Shown: one piece after another, positions 43,301 to 56,300 of the stretch
Numbering within the stretch: position 1 is the first letter of the stretch
How the letters are laid out: every line of letters starts with the position of its first letter
Assembly: GCA_001643675.2 (NCBI GenBank)
Contig: LSRY02000057.1
Span: 460,288 to 524,287 of the forward strand
Origin: Monocercomonoides exilis PA203
Lineage: Eukaryota > Protista > Preaxostyla
DNA: 64,000 nucleotides
Reading direction: 5' to 3'
Translations under genes and position numbers: made by a program
The notes under the pieces: generated by a model
Databases searched by the model: none
The model's input: the letters and a program-made list of their open reading frames with translations, nothing else
Told to the model about the DNA's origin: nothing

Positions 43301-43986
43301 GAGACAGTTGTGATGCGTGTGTTTGGTTTGATGTGACGGCTGTGGAATAGGAAGATGATAAAGCAGAAACAGAAGAAAGCTATTTAATTTCCGTTTGCAC
43401 TGAGCGGCGGCTGAAACAGAAATACCTACAAAAGGGAAGGAGCCCAGTGCAGTATGAAAACCGGATAGCCGAGCTGCTTTTGAATGACACTCTCAAAAAT
43501 ATCTTCTGGTCTGGCTCTCTGATTCGCAAGAGCGCGAATCCACAAACGCAGGGAACATGTTCACTCCTCCATAATGAGTATAAATCATGATTTATGAGTG
43601 GTTTCAGATCAAACTTCGCCAATACTCACATTTCCTGAGATATCATTGTCCGCATCAGAAATGGAACAATAACCTGTAAGATTATCAAATAGAAACAGCG
43701 AGTGAAAGAAATATGATCTTGTACACAGACTGATGAGAGTGGAAAATATGGATGATTATTATTGAAATCATATCTTTTTTCGGGGTTCTTATTTTTCAAA
43801 GATTGTTAGTTTTTTGAAAGAAAATTTAAATTCAAAAGAGAAAAAGCTTGATAATTGTTTTTTAAAACAACAAATGGTTTTTCCGTATCAAAGATCAAAA
43901 TGCATTCAATAAGCCTTTTCTCTTTTCAAATTGTTTTACAGATATTCAAAAAATATTTTTGCACCGAAATTTTTGAATGAAAAAAT

Positions 43987-45008
43987 ATGATTTTAAAAAA
44001 TAATCACACATATTTTGGAGGAATTCTCTCGGAGCCGAATGAAGTCAATGCGGACCGAAGTTTCAGATATGATACAGATGAAAAAGGAGAAGAGAGAGCT
44101 ACAAAGGAGAAGATCCCGGCTGAGATCGAGCGACAAGATGTCTTTAACAAATTTTCAGAAAATGATCGAGATGAAAAAGCAAGGACCTTTCGAGAGATCC
44201 TTGTGCAAATAGCGAGATGAAGATATTGGAGGATAAAGATGACAGCGACTGGGATTCCGAAGAACAAGAATTTTAGGAAGAATATGAAAACTCACAAAAA
44301 TTTTTTGGTATTTTTCAAATGCAATGGATGACACACCGGAGACAAGCAGGTGAGCTGAAAAGATTCATGGATTTTTGCAAAGCTGGTTCTATAAGAATGG
44401 ACGAGGATTTCTTAAACACCTATATCCCAGTGACCGAAAAGAATTTTTTCACGGGACATGCAGATGCAAGAAGGAATGCTTTAGCCAGCGCAGCAATCAC
44501 AGCAAAGGGCAGAAAATATTGACCAGAAGCGAGTCGAGCAATCGAGCTCCTCCAGCCGGCCCTTGAATCGGGCTTCGAAGCAGCCAAAGCAATTGCATCA
44601 CAAACATTGAAGGAATTGGAGAAGGCGCACCTCATGGAAGAGGAGAAGGAACGACTGAGAAGATTGTTTTGCGGCTATGCACTTATCGCAGACGGTGTCA
44701 GCAGAATTAACCTACTAAAGGTTATACACCAATCGGGTTGGGAAAGCGCGAAAGGCGTTTTAGAAGGAGGAATGTCCAAGAAGGTTCCGGATAACCTGAA
44801 GAAGCTGGTGGAGAGTACTAGCTTTTTTCAAGCAGAGGGAGATGCAGTAGGATACGGTGCACTTCCAGACTCCACAACAGGTTTCGGGCACACAACAGCC
44901 AGAGGTGGACTTACGAGAAGATACAGTTCGGGAAGGAGCACCCAAGGATTTGTATACAGACAGCTCCAGAGAAGGGGATACGGCAGGAGCTTCACGGACT
45001 TCAAGTGA
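43987..45008 (+). pseudogene. gag-like ORF1 of the DIRS element, disrupted
   Basis: ORF fragments 43987-44220, 44319-44522 and 44607-45008; the last two are in the same frame across a TGA. Position is upstream of pol. Confidence 0.6.
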
Positions 45009-47575
45009 AAGAAGAGAACGCCACAGTTCCAGGCCCAGTTCCTCCCAACAATCATGGGAAAGACAGTCCCCATTACGGGACCATTGCCACCAGCTCCCCC
45101 AAGGACCCAAGGAGAGACATCTATGGAATCAACAATTGGAGCCAACAAATGGTCGCGAGAGTAGAGAGAGGAGAGAGAGCCGTTCTTTGCAGCGAGACAG
45201 AGAGAAAAGAGAGAGGGTCAGGCTCCAGCGAAATAACTAAACGAAAAGAAACCGCAGCTCATTGCGAGATAAAAATGAAAAAGGAAAACTTGAAACAGCA
45301 GGAGATTATCAGAGATGGTGTGATTATGTTTGATCACGAGAAGAAAAGAGAACAAGAAACTTCAAAAGATCACGAGATCGGAATATGGATAGAGAGTACA
45401 AAAGGAGACTTCGTATATTCCCTCAGGACAAGACAGAAGAACGATCGGAGATCCCAGAAGGAGAAAGAGAAGGGAGTCTGGAGAGCTTCTGGGACTGTAA
45501 TCGAGTCCCCAATTGGGAGCGCCCTTGAAGTGAGCTCGAAGACAGTTATTGCAGATATTCTCGAAGGAGAAGAGAATACACAGATGCAATATGGCCACAA
45601 GACTCCAGAAGTGAAGTGGAGTGTAGTGATTGGACCACTGAGGGAGCTACTTCCTTTGAGACTAGTGAACAGGCTGAGCGAGTGGAAGAAGATTGGGGGA
45701 GACAAACCAGTGAGCTGTGGAATAAGAGCTCGATGGAAATGTCCCCAGTCCATAATCTCATTCGAGAAGAGAAAACACAAACAGGAGTTTTCGAGGAAGA
45801 CAGAAATGAAGAAAAATTATTTATCCCTTTTGGAGGAGGAATTGAAGGAAGGAGTGGTGAAGCCCATACAGGAATCGGAGGTGAAGTGGTTCAACCCGAC
45901 ATTTATGGTCCGGAAGAAGAACGGAAAGTGGAGAAAGATCCTGGATTGCAGAGCTCTAAACGAGGAGGTTCAGGGAAAGCATTTCAAAATGGATTCCCAG
46001 GAGACAGTTGTGGAACTCCTGGAGGAAAACGATTGGATGATCACTCTCGACATATCGAGTGCATACCAGCACGTCAAACTGGACGAACAATTCAGTCCCT
46101 ATCTGTGCTTCAGCTTTCAGAATCAGTGTTACACTTACGTGGGGATGCCATTTGGGGCAAAGGATGCGCCCAGAGTTTTCACGAAGACAATGAGACGGGC
46201 GGCGTCATATATCAGAGAACAGTGGAAGGAAAAGCTTGTATTATATCTGGACGACATTCTCCTCATGCATCCAGACAGGGATGCGTTAAGATCGATCTCA
46301 CAGGAGATAGCCCAGTTCCTGAGGAGTCCGGGATGGATTCTGTCGGAAGAGAAATTGAAGTTGGAACCCACAAGGAATGTGGAGTTTCTGGGATGGTTGT
46401 GGAACTCAGAGAAGATAAAAGAGACACTCCAAGAAAGGAAGAGAGTGCTGCTCTTGGAGGATGTGCGAACCTGGATAGCACTGGCAAAGGAAATGAAGAG
46501 TCTAAAGACGAGGGATCTAGCAGCACTCCTCAGGAGGCTGAATTTTGTGAGGCTGAAGCACCCACCAGCGAGTTTGTGGATGAAGCGCATGCAATACATA
46601 CTGAGGCAGGCAATAGCCCGCGGAGGCTGGAAGGGAATCGTGATAGTCAACCCAATGATTCTGGGAGAATTAACACATTGGAGAAAGACCCTACAAGAAA
46701 ACAGACCAAGGAGTCTGAAAAGAAGGAACAGACCAGCAGAATTAACAACGGATGAGTCAGTGCTGATATGGGGCGCAGTGTTAACAATACCGAGAGAGAA
46801 CAAAGAGGAGAAGATATATGTCCACAGGAGTTGGAGCCTCCAGGAGAGTGCGTTAGCGATAAACGAAAAGGAGTCCAGAGCAGTGTTGAGGACTTTAGAA
46901 AGGAAGGGAGCATGGCTGCAACAACAGAAGATAGACCATATTCGTCTGAGGACAGACAACATGTCCACGAGATGGACGATACAGAAGAAGAGGGGAGCGC
47001 CATCGCTCATTCCAACACTGAGAGCATTGGAGAAGAAACTGAACAGCCTGGACATAACATTACAGACGGAACATCTCCCGGGAGAACAGCACACGGAAGC
47101 AGATGCACTCAGCCGGATGGCGAAAAAGCCGGACTATGCACTGAGGGGGGAGAAAGTCGCAGAGATATTACAGATAATCGCACCGAGAATACTAGATACA
47201 ATTTTAGAACAGATTGCGCCGGTGCCCTGCGGAAGTACTTGGAGACTATCCTCCGTGAGAAGGAAGAGAGAGAAAGGAACACCAGAAGACGACATAGTGC
47301 TAGTCCACCCGTTCCTGAGAAACATTGGACGAGTGATGAAAGAGAAGATGAACGAAGCTCAGAGGAATCTGACGATTCTGATTCTGCCAGCCTGGCGGGG
47401 GCAGACCTGTACCCCGCTACTGCAGCATGGGCATTCGATAAAGACCCTGGGGACCTTTCAGGAGTGCATGATACCGGGAGCGAAGATGAGAAGGGAATGC
47501 TGGAAGCTACCCCCAGGAGAGGTGATATCCATCACACTGGAGAAGAGAATATACAAGGAAGAGACCTCTTCTTAA
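45005..47575 (+). CDS. DIRS pol: reverse transcriptase + RNase H + methyltransferase-like domain
   Basis: RT: FMVRKKNGKWRKILDCRALN, HFKMD, TLDISSAYQHV, MPFGAKDAPRVFTK, LYLDD, FLG. RNase H: TTDES..WGA, INEKESRAV, TDN, HLPG..EADALSR. MT-like: VHPF..IGRV...LILPAWRGQ. Confidence 0.92.
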   Translation: MKEENATVPGPVPPNNHGKDSPHYGTIATSSPKDPRRDIYGINNWSQQMVARVERGERAVLCSETERKERGSGSSEITKRKETAAHCEIKMKKENLKQQEIIRDGVIMFDHEKKREQETSKDHEIGIWIESTKGDFVYSLRTRQKNDRRSQKEKEKGVWRASGTVIESPIGSALEVSSKTVIADILEGEENTQMQYGHKTPEVKWSVVIGPLRELLPLRLVNRLSEWKKIGGDKPVSCGIRARWKCPQSIISFEKRKHKQEFSRKTEMKKNYLSLLEEELKEGVVKPIQESEVKWFNPTFMVRKKNGKWRKILDCRALNEEVQGKHFKMDSQETVVELLEENDWMITLDISSAYQHVKLDEQFSPYLCFSFQNQCYTYVGMPFGAKDAPRVFTKTMRRAASYIREQWKEKLVLYLDDILLMHPDRDALRSISQEIAQFLRSPGWILSEEKLKLEPTRNVEFLGWLWNSEKIKETLQERKRVLLLEDVRTWIALAKEMKSLKTRDLAALLRRLNFVRLKHPPASLWMKRMQYILRQAIARGGWKGIVIVNPMILGELTHWRKTLQENRPRSLKRRNRPAELTTDESVLIWGAVLTIPRENKEEKIYVHRSWSLQESALAINEKESRAVLRTLERKGAWLQQQKIDHIRLRTDNMSTRWTIQKKRGAPSLIPTLRALEKKLNSLDITLQTEHLPGEQHTEADALSRMAKKPDYALRGEKVAEILQIIAPRILDTILEQIAPVPCGSTWRLSSVRRKREKGTPEDDIVLVHPFLRNIGRVMKEKMNEAQRNLTILILPAWRGQTCTPLLQHGHSIKTLGTFQECMIPGAKMRRECWKLPPGEVISITLEKRIYKEETSS

Positions 47576-47739
47576 CATGGGGAGAATAGGTGGGAGCTAA
47601 GGAAATAGCAGCAGCAATACTAAAGAAGCAAAAGAACGAAAGGGATACGAAGAGAACGCTGAGAAAAATTTAAACAATTTTTGGATTGAGAAAGAATGGA
47701 TGAAACAGAAACCTTATTGAGAAAGATGCAAAATGGATT

Positions 47740-48467
47740 ATGGCAGAATTCAATGAAACGCTTTCAAATACTAATCTGTCTTGTGGAGCGATTCATCAGA
47801 CAGTTCGGAAAGTTCTTGATTCTATTAACCTATTTAGAGAGACTAAGATTGATGTGAAAGACATCGAAATATTTCTTAAGACTTGTGTGGGAGATAAGTC
47901 GAGAAAGGGCAAACGGTGCAAGACGATGTGGGATCTCACAATTATCATTAAATGGGCAGAAGCCACCCACGATATGACAGATCCACAAATCCTCCAGAGG
48001 AGAGCTCTCATCCTCACCATGATTTTTGTAGCGTTAAGGCCAGCAGAGCTGGAAAGAATGAGAAGAGAGACAACGACATTTAAAGATAACTCGGTCCATA
48101 CACAAGTACGAACCAAGACGTCGGGAGGTGAGATTATCAAAGTTATAATACGGAAACACCCCAACCCACGTATCGATGCAGTGTGGGCGCTGCATTGTTG
48201 GATGGACTATGTGAAGACGACCCTTAAGTACGAATATGTGTGGTTTAATATCAGCGAGAGACAACCTGCAAAATTGCAGAGGATCAAAGAAGAATTAGTG
48301 GCTATTCTGAGAAAGAACGGAATACCCGACTCATTTCCGCATTCTCGATAAGACACGCTGTGATAACACACATGGCAAGACAACAAGATGCAGATTGGAA
48401 AGCAATCAATGTGTACGCGAGATGGGCACCAGGTTCTAGAGAAGCCCAAATACATAACACCGTGTAA
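47740..48467 (+). pseudogene. Tyrosine recombinase of the DIRS element, frameshifted
   Basis: MWDL; IFVALRPAEL (catalytic Arg); RTKT (Lys). After a frameshift near 48340: FSIRHAVITH...ARWAPGS...IHN, where the expected catalytic Tyr position reads Asn. Confidence 0.88.
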
Positions 48468-50362
48468 CCGGTTCAAGACACGAGATAGATTTTGGAGACA
48501 ATCGGTGGATCAGTACTCCAGATGGGAGAAGATTATAAGACAGATAAGAGCGGAGACACGAAGGAAGGGACACTGGAGATAGCAGATGCAGATATGAAAG
48601 ATCGCACAGAGGAATTACACAAAGCGAGATCTGAGATATGGAAGAAGCTTACGAGAAAGCGATCAAGAGGAAGAAAGAAGCTGCCAATGGAGAAGTGAGA
48701 AGAGGTGAAATGGCTCAGTCACGAAGCTCAACACCCGGACAACCGAGTTACCAGAAGGCACCCTCCACTATCCCCAATAATATTAGTGAGCTGATGGGAG
48801 AGAAGGATTCAACTCCGCTGAAGAAGAGAGAAAGGATCGGAGGAAGCGCAGTGGAAGAAGCATAGGACAGATAGGTGATAACAAGGAGGAGGCAAGGGCC
48901 AGATCGATGTCTCCTCAAAGATATCCCAAGAGGGAGCGGATGTAGAGCAGGAGGTCCGCACCATCACCCACACGGTCTCAACTCATCCGCCGCGCTAGAG
49001 TGTGCTAGGAAAGTGGTTTTTGATCACACATACAGAGATAAAAGGGATTTCGAGACTCATTATTGAGGAGCAAACCTGCTCCTTGCATTCGTTTATTCGC
49101 CCTATTGCGTATCAATAGAACGCAGTGAGACAGGTTTGCTCCGAGAAAATACGAATGCGGATGGAGAGACGATAGGTGGCTGGGTACGAAAATGAGAAAC
49201 ATATTGTCAGGAAGATGAAGAGAAAAAAGGGCGAGATATGGAAAGAGAGAACTGGAGATCAAACGCCCGAAGTGATTAGTGTACGTCTAGAATCTGGAAA
49301 TGTACAAATAGAATGAATAAACAGTTTTAATCAAAAGCTTTCTCATCAATACGATATCGATTGTTTTTTACACAAAAGAGTCAGATCTGTCCAAACAGTG
49401 CGCGATGACAGGGTTTGCTCTGCTGGACCAACATAAGAGCGGGAGGCAAAGCGTATCACACGCAGTTTTCTTTTCCACGCCTCGCGAAAGCGAGAGTGGT
49501 TTTTCTTTCTGCTCCAAGAATACTCGCCTCACCGGATCCCTGCACGGCCTGCAGGTGAGAGCTCCGAGGGGCAATGTCCCCTGCCCTCTGGTCTTCGTGA
49601 CCACGGAGAAAAGGCGAAGAAGGTGGTGAAGTGAAGCGGACAATGCATTATTTTATGAAATAATTTTTAATGTTATTGTTTTGATTTTTATCTCGCCCTT
49701 TTTTCCACGTAATTTGGGATAGGGCGAAGCTTTTCACTCAAACCACTCATAATTTAAGATCAAACTCATTATTTCGGAGCAAATCCTGTCTCTATGCATT
49801 CGATCTGAATAAAAATAAGTTTTATGAATAAAAGTTGAATTGTATCGTTTTCTGAAAATAGAAAAATTCATCAGAAGCCATAATGTCAAAAACAAAAATA
49901 ATTTTTTGTTTCAAAAATTCAACAAAATCTCGATATCTTGCATATAACCAGATGCGTTATACACCGATAAATAATTGTCTTTATAATTGAAATTTTATTT
50001 TTGAAATTCATCGAGCAATTCGAATTTTCATAAAATAGTTTGGGTTTTAAAAAAGTGTCAGTTTAGTTGAAACCCAATGAAACGTTTTTTAATGATGAAT
50101 ATGAAATTAATTCCGAAATCTTATTCATTTCATAACTGACAATACATCAATAACTTTTTCAAACATTAAATATAAAATTCATCTCTTTGAATTAATTGAA
50201 ATTGAACATGTGAAACAAAGAAATTTCACATAATTTGTTTTGGATGGATAAAAATTCAAGAATATTGATGGATCAAAACCCAAACTTAGTGTTTATTTCA
50301 ATATATGGATAACGAAAAGGAAAAGAAAAAAATGAAAATAATCAACAAATTCAAATCGTTAA

Positions 50363-53300
50363 ATGTTATTTTGATGATTTTCATTGCAGATTCTTTGAAT
50401 ACACATTCTATTTTGTCAACATTCAATGAAGAGAAAAATGAATTAAAAAGAATTGATGAGTTGGTAAACATCAACATTGGGAGCAGGAAAAGCACAATCG
50501 AAGGATCAATCATTTTCTCGAATTCAACATGTGAATTGGAAAACATCAGAATTGTGCAGAAAGGAGATGGAAGTGCTGTCTGCTGTGTTTTCTCATCGGA
50601 TGTTGAAGGCACCAAGATTGAGATTGTTGACAGAAGCAGCCACAATGAACATCCGTTCCTTGTTGAGGATTCTAGCCTTCACTTGATGAATGCCACACTG
50701 ATTGTTGAAAACAAAGAGATCAGTTCGCCTTCTCTTGTTGGCTCTCCGAAAGAGCATGAGAACAGATATTCCAAAAGAACATCATCAACTGGAATGCTGA
50801 TTGTTGAGCAGTCACTGTTTTCATCAATCTCAGTTGCATCCCCGCCATTTCTTTCTTCACCATCACTTGCCGAGGTCAATGTGGGAAATTCCATATTCTG
50901 CAACATTTCTTCTTGCAAGCATCACATCCTTCCCAATTCCTATAGATTTCACAGATTGCAAACACGAGCTGAAAGTTGCTCTTTTGTGTCTGTGCATGAT
51001 GCATTTGATGGAGGTGTATTTGAGTCAGTCAATGCCCCAGGTGCTTCATTCCAATCGTTCAACAACTCATTCATGAACTGTGCCAAAACATCATTTTCTG
51101 GGAACAGCAACATGGAGAGAAAGACTTTTGAAGGTGGATCACACTCATTCTCAAACTGTGAATGGCATAATGTTTCATCAGCGTTGACTCCAGAAAGCTC
51201 AGAGGATTGGGACTTATCAGTTTGTGGAGGTGCCATTGGCATTCATGGAAATTCAGAGACAGTTGTTGTTATTGACAGTTGCATCTTCGACAATTGTATT
51301 TGCTTAAGATATGGTGGAGCAGTAATGATATATCCTGGTTACAATGTTTCTTTGCAGAATTCAAAAGGATTTAACTGTTCCGGAGGATCTGGATCATTTG
51401 GAATGCTTACTGGAATTGCAAATTTAAAAATGGGGAATTCATGTTCAAATAATTGTTCAAATAGCGATTCTGGAGCTTTTCGTTTGCAATCTTTTAATGT
51501 AATCCATTCTGATAATGAATTAACTGTTCCTGTTGTTTGTAATTGTTCATTCACTCTTTCAGATTCAAATCTGACAACATGCGCTTTCATTTGTTTACAC
51601 AATATGTTTCAGCCATATTCCATATCTGAAAGTTTATTTTTAAATGGTTTCACAAAAATATCAGGAGGAGCAATATCTATCTATTGGAGGGATGCATATG
51701 GAACGATTTCAGAAAAGCCATGGTTGTATTTCTGTTTCTTCCACAACAACACAGCAGGAGATGGAAATGGAGATGATGTGTCAATACGAGACTCATTTTC
51801 ATATATGCCAGAGACCACGGTGCTGAGTGTGTCGTCATTCACAACGAAGACAAGTGGAAGCAGTGTGTGGCACTCTCGATTTGGAACAAAGAACGAGTGG
51901 CTGAGTGTGGGGATTCTGAGGAGATATGTGGATGCGGAGGGAAGAGAAGAGGTTGGATGTGGGATATACGAGTGGGATGGGTGCAAGACAGTGGAATATG
52001 CAGTGGATCAGGCAAGCTCAGTTGGGGAGCAGCGGCTGCAGCTGGCGGAGTGCACATTCAGGATCGCAAGAACGGTGGAGGTGGGGAGAAAGACGATTGT
52101 GATGAATGGGTTTGGGGACAGCGGGACGATAGTGAAATCGGAGCTGATGGGAGGGTCATCGGCAATGGTGAGGATCGGGGATGGGGCATTGAGTGCCGCC
52201 TCGATGAAGATACTGCACACATCCAGGGCATCACCATCACCGCGGCTGTTTGAGATGACTTCAGTGTCAGGCACACTCTCGCTGTGTTGCATCACAATCA
52301 GCTCGCAGGATGTGGGAACAGCAGACTTGGTGGTGAGCACATCACCCTTTTTGATATATCAGTCTCAGATGCGAATGGAAAGCACAAGGGTTGAGAACAT
52401 GGTGCTGTCTGTGGTGGTGTTCAGCGAGAAAGAGCCATCTGGAGCTGGAGCATCGAGCTTGGCGAATGTGACGCTGGAGAACATCACGCGCACAGATGGA
52501 GATGGGGCTGCTTTCTCTGTCAGTGTGGGCAGAGAGCGTGAGGTTAGTGTGGAAAACACAACAATGAAGAACTGTGTGTGCACAGGTGGGAACGGAGGAG
52601 GGGTGTTTGTTTCGCTGGGGTCTGGAGGCTATGTGAGGATAGGAGGCAATTTGGAAGTGGGGTTTGATGGGTGCTGTGTCCAGTTGGAAGAGGCAGCGAA
52701 AAGGAAAGGAGGAGGGGTGTATCTTCTGTGCTCGGGAAGTGATTGGGAGTTCAGTGTGAAAAAGTGCACATTCAGGGAGTGCAAGGCCTGGAAAGGGAGG
52801 AACATGTTTGTGGCAGCACCAGACTTGTCGACAGCTGTGAACAGCAGTTCAATCGGATTCAATGCGGAGACCGGGGTAAATAGAGCAGACTTTGATGAGC
52901 TGAGTGGGATGGAGAGCAGCAATGCAGTGCTGATTGTCCCACTGGTTCTGTTTCTGCGGGAGTTCCAGCCACCCGCATATGTGGGTGGGAAGGCAGTGGG
53001 GCAGGACTTCAGGCTGTGTGGATTTGCAGACTACATGTGCAAAACGATCGGAAGCGCTGGGACATATCGGTTCCCGAACTCGAAGCGGATATTGAGGCTG
53101 GCAGAGACATTTGTGTTTGATGAGGAGACGAAGCTGGACAAAGGACCGTATGAGGTGGATGCGAGCAGCAAAAGTGAGGGAGTGAAAGTGGAGGCAGCAG
53201 GACCGAAAGTGCAGGATGCACTGGTGATGAGCAGCGTCACAGCCACATTCACGAACATCAGCTTTGAGCTGGGGGCTTCGATCGGCAGCCGCTCGACATT

Positions 53301-56300
53301 TGTATATTCATCGGCAGGCGATGTGAAATTCATCGACTGTGCGATTGATGGGGCCAGGGGTGGGAGTGGGGTGGAATACGGGTTTGTGAGTGTGAGTGGA
53401 GGGAGCGTGCAGATGCTGAGGGTGAGCTGTGGAGGCGAGAGAGAAGTGACGTTTGGGAGTTATGTGGTGCTTGTGAATGGAAGCGGGGCCTGCACCGTCG
53501 ACCAGATGACGATGAACCAGATGAGAGTTAGCGAGGGCAGAAGTGGAAGCCAAGGGATCATTGAACTGGCAACAAGCAGCCCAACCACAATCCACAACAG
53601 CACTATTGCGAATGTTGTGCTGGGGTCGGGAGGGCTGATCCATTTTGCAGAGGGATCATCGCTGAAGATGAAAAACACATCGTTCATGAGCATTGGCAGG
53701 AGCGGTGGAGGCGGGGCGTGCCTGGAGCTGGATGAATTGTGTGGGAGGAAGCAGAGCGTGTGGATAGAGAACTGCTCATTCAGCGCCTGCAAAGTGGATG
53801 GAGATGGAAGCTGTGGAGGAGGAGTATATGCTATGCTGGATGTCTCGAGTGAGCTTCATGTGTCGTCGACACGGTTTGAAGGATGTCAGGCACCCTCAGA
53901 AGGCGGGACAAACGGGAAAGGAGGGGTTTGCTGTTGAATGTGCTGGATGCAGGTGTGCTGTTTGAGCTGTCAGCAACCCTTGCATTTGAGGCAAACCAAG
54001 CGGAATACGGAGCTGACCTGTTTGTGGCATCTCCTGACCTGAAAGCAAGCGTCACAAAAGAACACATCCTGTTTGCAATTCCGTTGACAGGAAGCACAAG
54101 AGCAGCAATGGGGGTGGATTCGAAGTGGAGCGATCTGACGATTCCGCTGATGTATTATCTGTGTGATGATCCGCCATGCATGCACATGGGGAACGACGGG
54201 CATGATGTGGTTGTGTGTGGGCATGAGCAGTTCCGATGTAAGTGTGTGGACTATGCTGTGAGGAGGGTGATCGGGAAACAGCATGCTCTGGCGTTTGGCG
54301 ACTCGTATCTGTTTGGAGAGAGTGTGTCGCTGAGTGCAAGTGAGGGATACGACTTCTGTGGGACAGCTTCGAAGACACGAATGGAAATGGTTGGGAATGA
54401 ATCGAGCGGGACATGCATGATTGGGATTGACTCATATGTGAGGTTTTATCAGTTCTTGTGTGTCCTTCCAGCAGCACTGCCACTGGTACAATCAAGCATA
54501 TTTTTGGTGAGCGGAGACAGAAGCGAGCTTTGGATCGAAGACTGCTCAGCTGTGTGTGGCTCATCTGCTGGCAGATGCAAGTGTTCGTTTGTGAGTCAGA
54601 GCAGTGGGCGTCTTTCGATCACTGGGTTCAGCATCGAGTCTGTTGAGTTTGAGGGGATTTCGTTCATCAGCTCGAACGGCAATGGGGCGAGCATTCTTGA
54701 CTCGATAAACATGAGCAATGTTCGGATCACAGATGCAGACGGGCTTGTTGTGTACACATCAGAGGGTTCGTTCACAGCTGTGAACATGAGTGTGAAGCAC
54801 TGCAGCAATTCTGGGGGAGGGGTTGTGTGGGATCGGGAAGGAGGGCTGCTGGAAATGAAGAACAGCACATTTGAGGGGATCATGCAGGCAGATGGGAATG
54901 GGAGTGTGGTGAATGGGGTTATTGGGAGCGGAAAGGAGATGAGAATGAGTGATGTTTGGATAGAGGGTTGTGGAACAGCAAAGGGGTGTGGCGGAGGAAT
55001 GAATGTGGTTGTGGAAGGAACAGGGAAGGTGAGGATTGGGGGTGGGGATGATGTGACATATGTTGGGGGATGCAGGGCAGGTGGAGAAGGGCGTGTTGGA
55101 GGCTATGGAGGGGGGCTTTTGTTGCGATGTGAGGAAGGGGGAAGAGATTTTGGGATTATTGGGGTGACATTTGGGGTGGATGGCTCTGCAAACGATGCTA
55201 CGCATGGCGGGAGCAATGTGATGGTGGAGTGCAAGAATCTGCCGGAAGTGGTGAATGAGGTTTCATTTAGTTTCTCATTTGTGAAAGATGTTGAGGACAA
55301 TCCGAATTTGAGCGAGCTGATGGGGATCGAGAACGGAAGGGTTTCAGAGCTGATCCCTATTGTGCCTTTCTTTCGGGAAAAGCCGAGTGTGGGGTATGTG
55401 CATGGGGAAAATGGCGGGATGGACTATCCGAGCTGCGGGTATTCCGACTTTCCATGCTCTTCAGTGCCGTATGCAGGAGCAGCGGTGTTTGGGGCAAGAT
55501 CAGCAGCGGCATTGCGGCTGATGAGCACTTTCACGATTCACAAAGAAATGATACTGTATATGCAGCCAATGGTCATTGACGGAGAAGTGGAAATGGAACG
55601 TATTGTGATGAGAGAAGAAAGCGATGGAGAAGAAGGAGAAGTTGGAGGAGGAGCGAAAGAATGCTTGGTTGAGACGAAGGAGAAAATCACATTTCGCTCT
55701 CTGATGTTTTGTGCTTGGTCGTTTGAGGGATCAGCCCGAACATGTCTGTTCATGTGCAGCGATGGTGTTCTGAGATTTGAAGGATGCTCATTTTGTACAG
55801 AGGCAGGAGCATCGAATATGTGTGTGGAATGTTTGAAGGGGAAAGGAGGTAAAATGGAGCTTGTGAAGTGCAGATTTGAAGAAGTGACAATGAGAGGATG
55901 TGGGCTAATTGTTACTGATGGGAGCGAAGTGGAAGTGGAACTTGATGAGGCGACGATACGAAACACGGGGAGAGAAGATGAAGGGAGTGTGTTGGAAATG
56001 AGAAGAGGAAAGATTGTGAGCATTAGAAACACGACAATAAAGGAGACGAATTTTGGGAATGGGAACGAGATTGACATTGGAGAGGATGTGGGGTTGGAGA
56101 TGAGGAACAGCACATTGTGCGAGGTGAGAAGATATGAAGGGAATGGAGGAGTGATGAGTGGGAAAGTGGGGAGTATGAGAGCGTGGGAGATTGAGGACTG
56201 TGTGTTTGAGAGGTGTGAGTGCGAAGCAGATTACACATTTGGAGGAGGGATAATGGTGAGTGTGGGGGATGGGGGGAAGTTCGTGTTTGAGCACAACAAA

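Larger units (their letters stand above)
43987..49802 (+). mobile_element. Degenerate DIRS-type tyrosine-recombinase retrotransposon (gag - RT/RNase H/MT - YR)
   Basis: Purine-rich, intronless block with the domain order gag-like, RT, RNase H, MT-like, tyrosine recombinase, plus complementary repeats at and near its ends. Boundaries approximate. Confidence 0.9.

Noticed and set aside
44520-44522. In-frame TGA as selenocysteine, readthrough or alternative genetic code
   Set aside because: It lies in a decayed retroelement with other lesions, and host genes here end in TAA, TAG and TGA.
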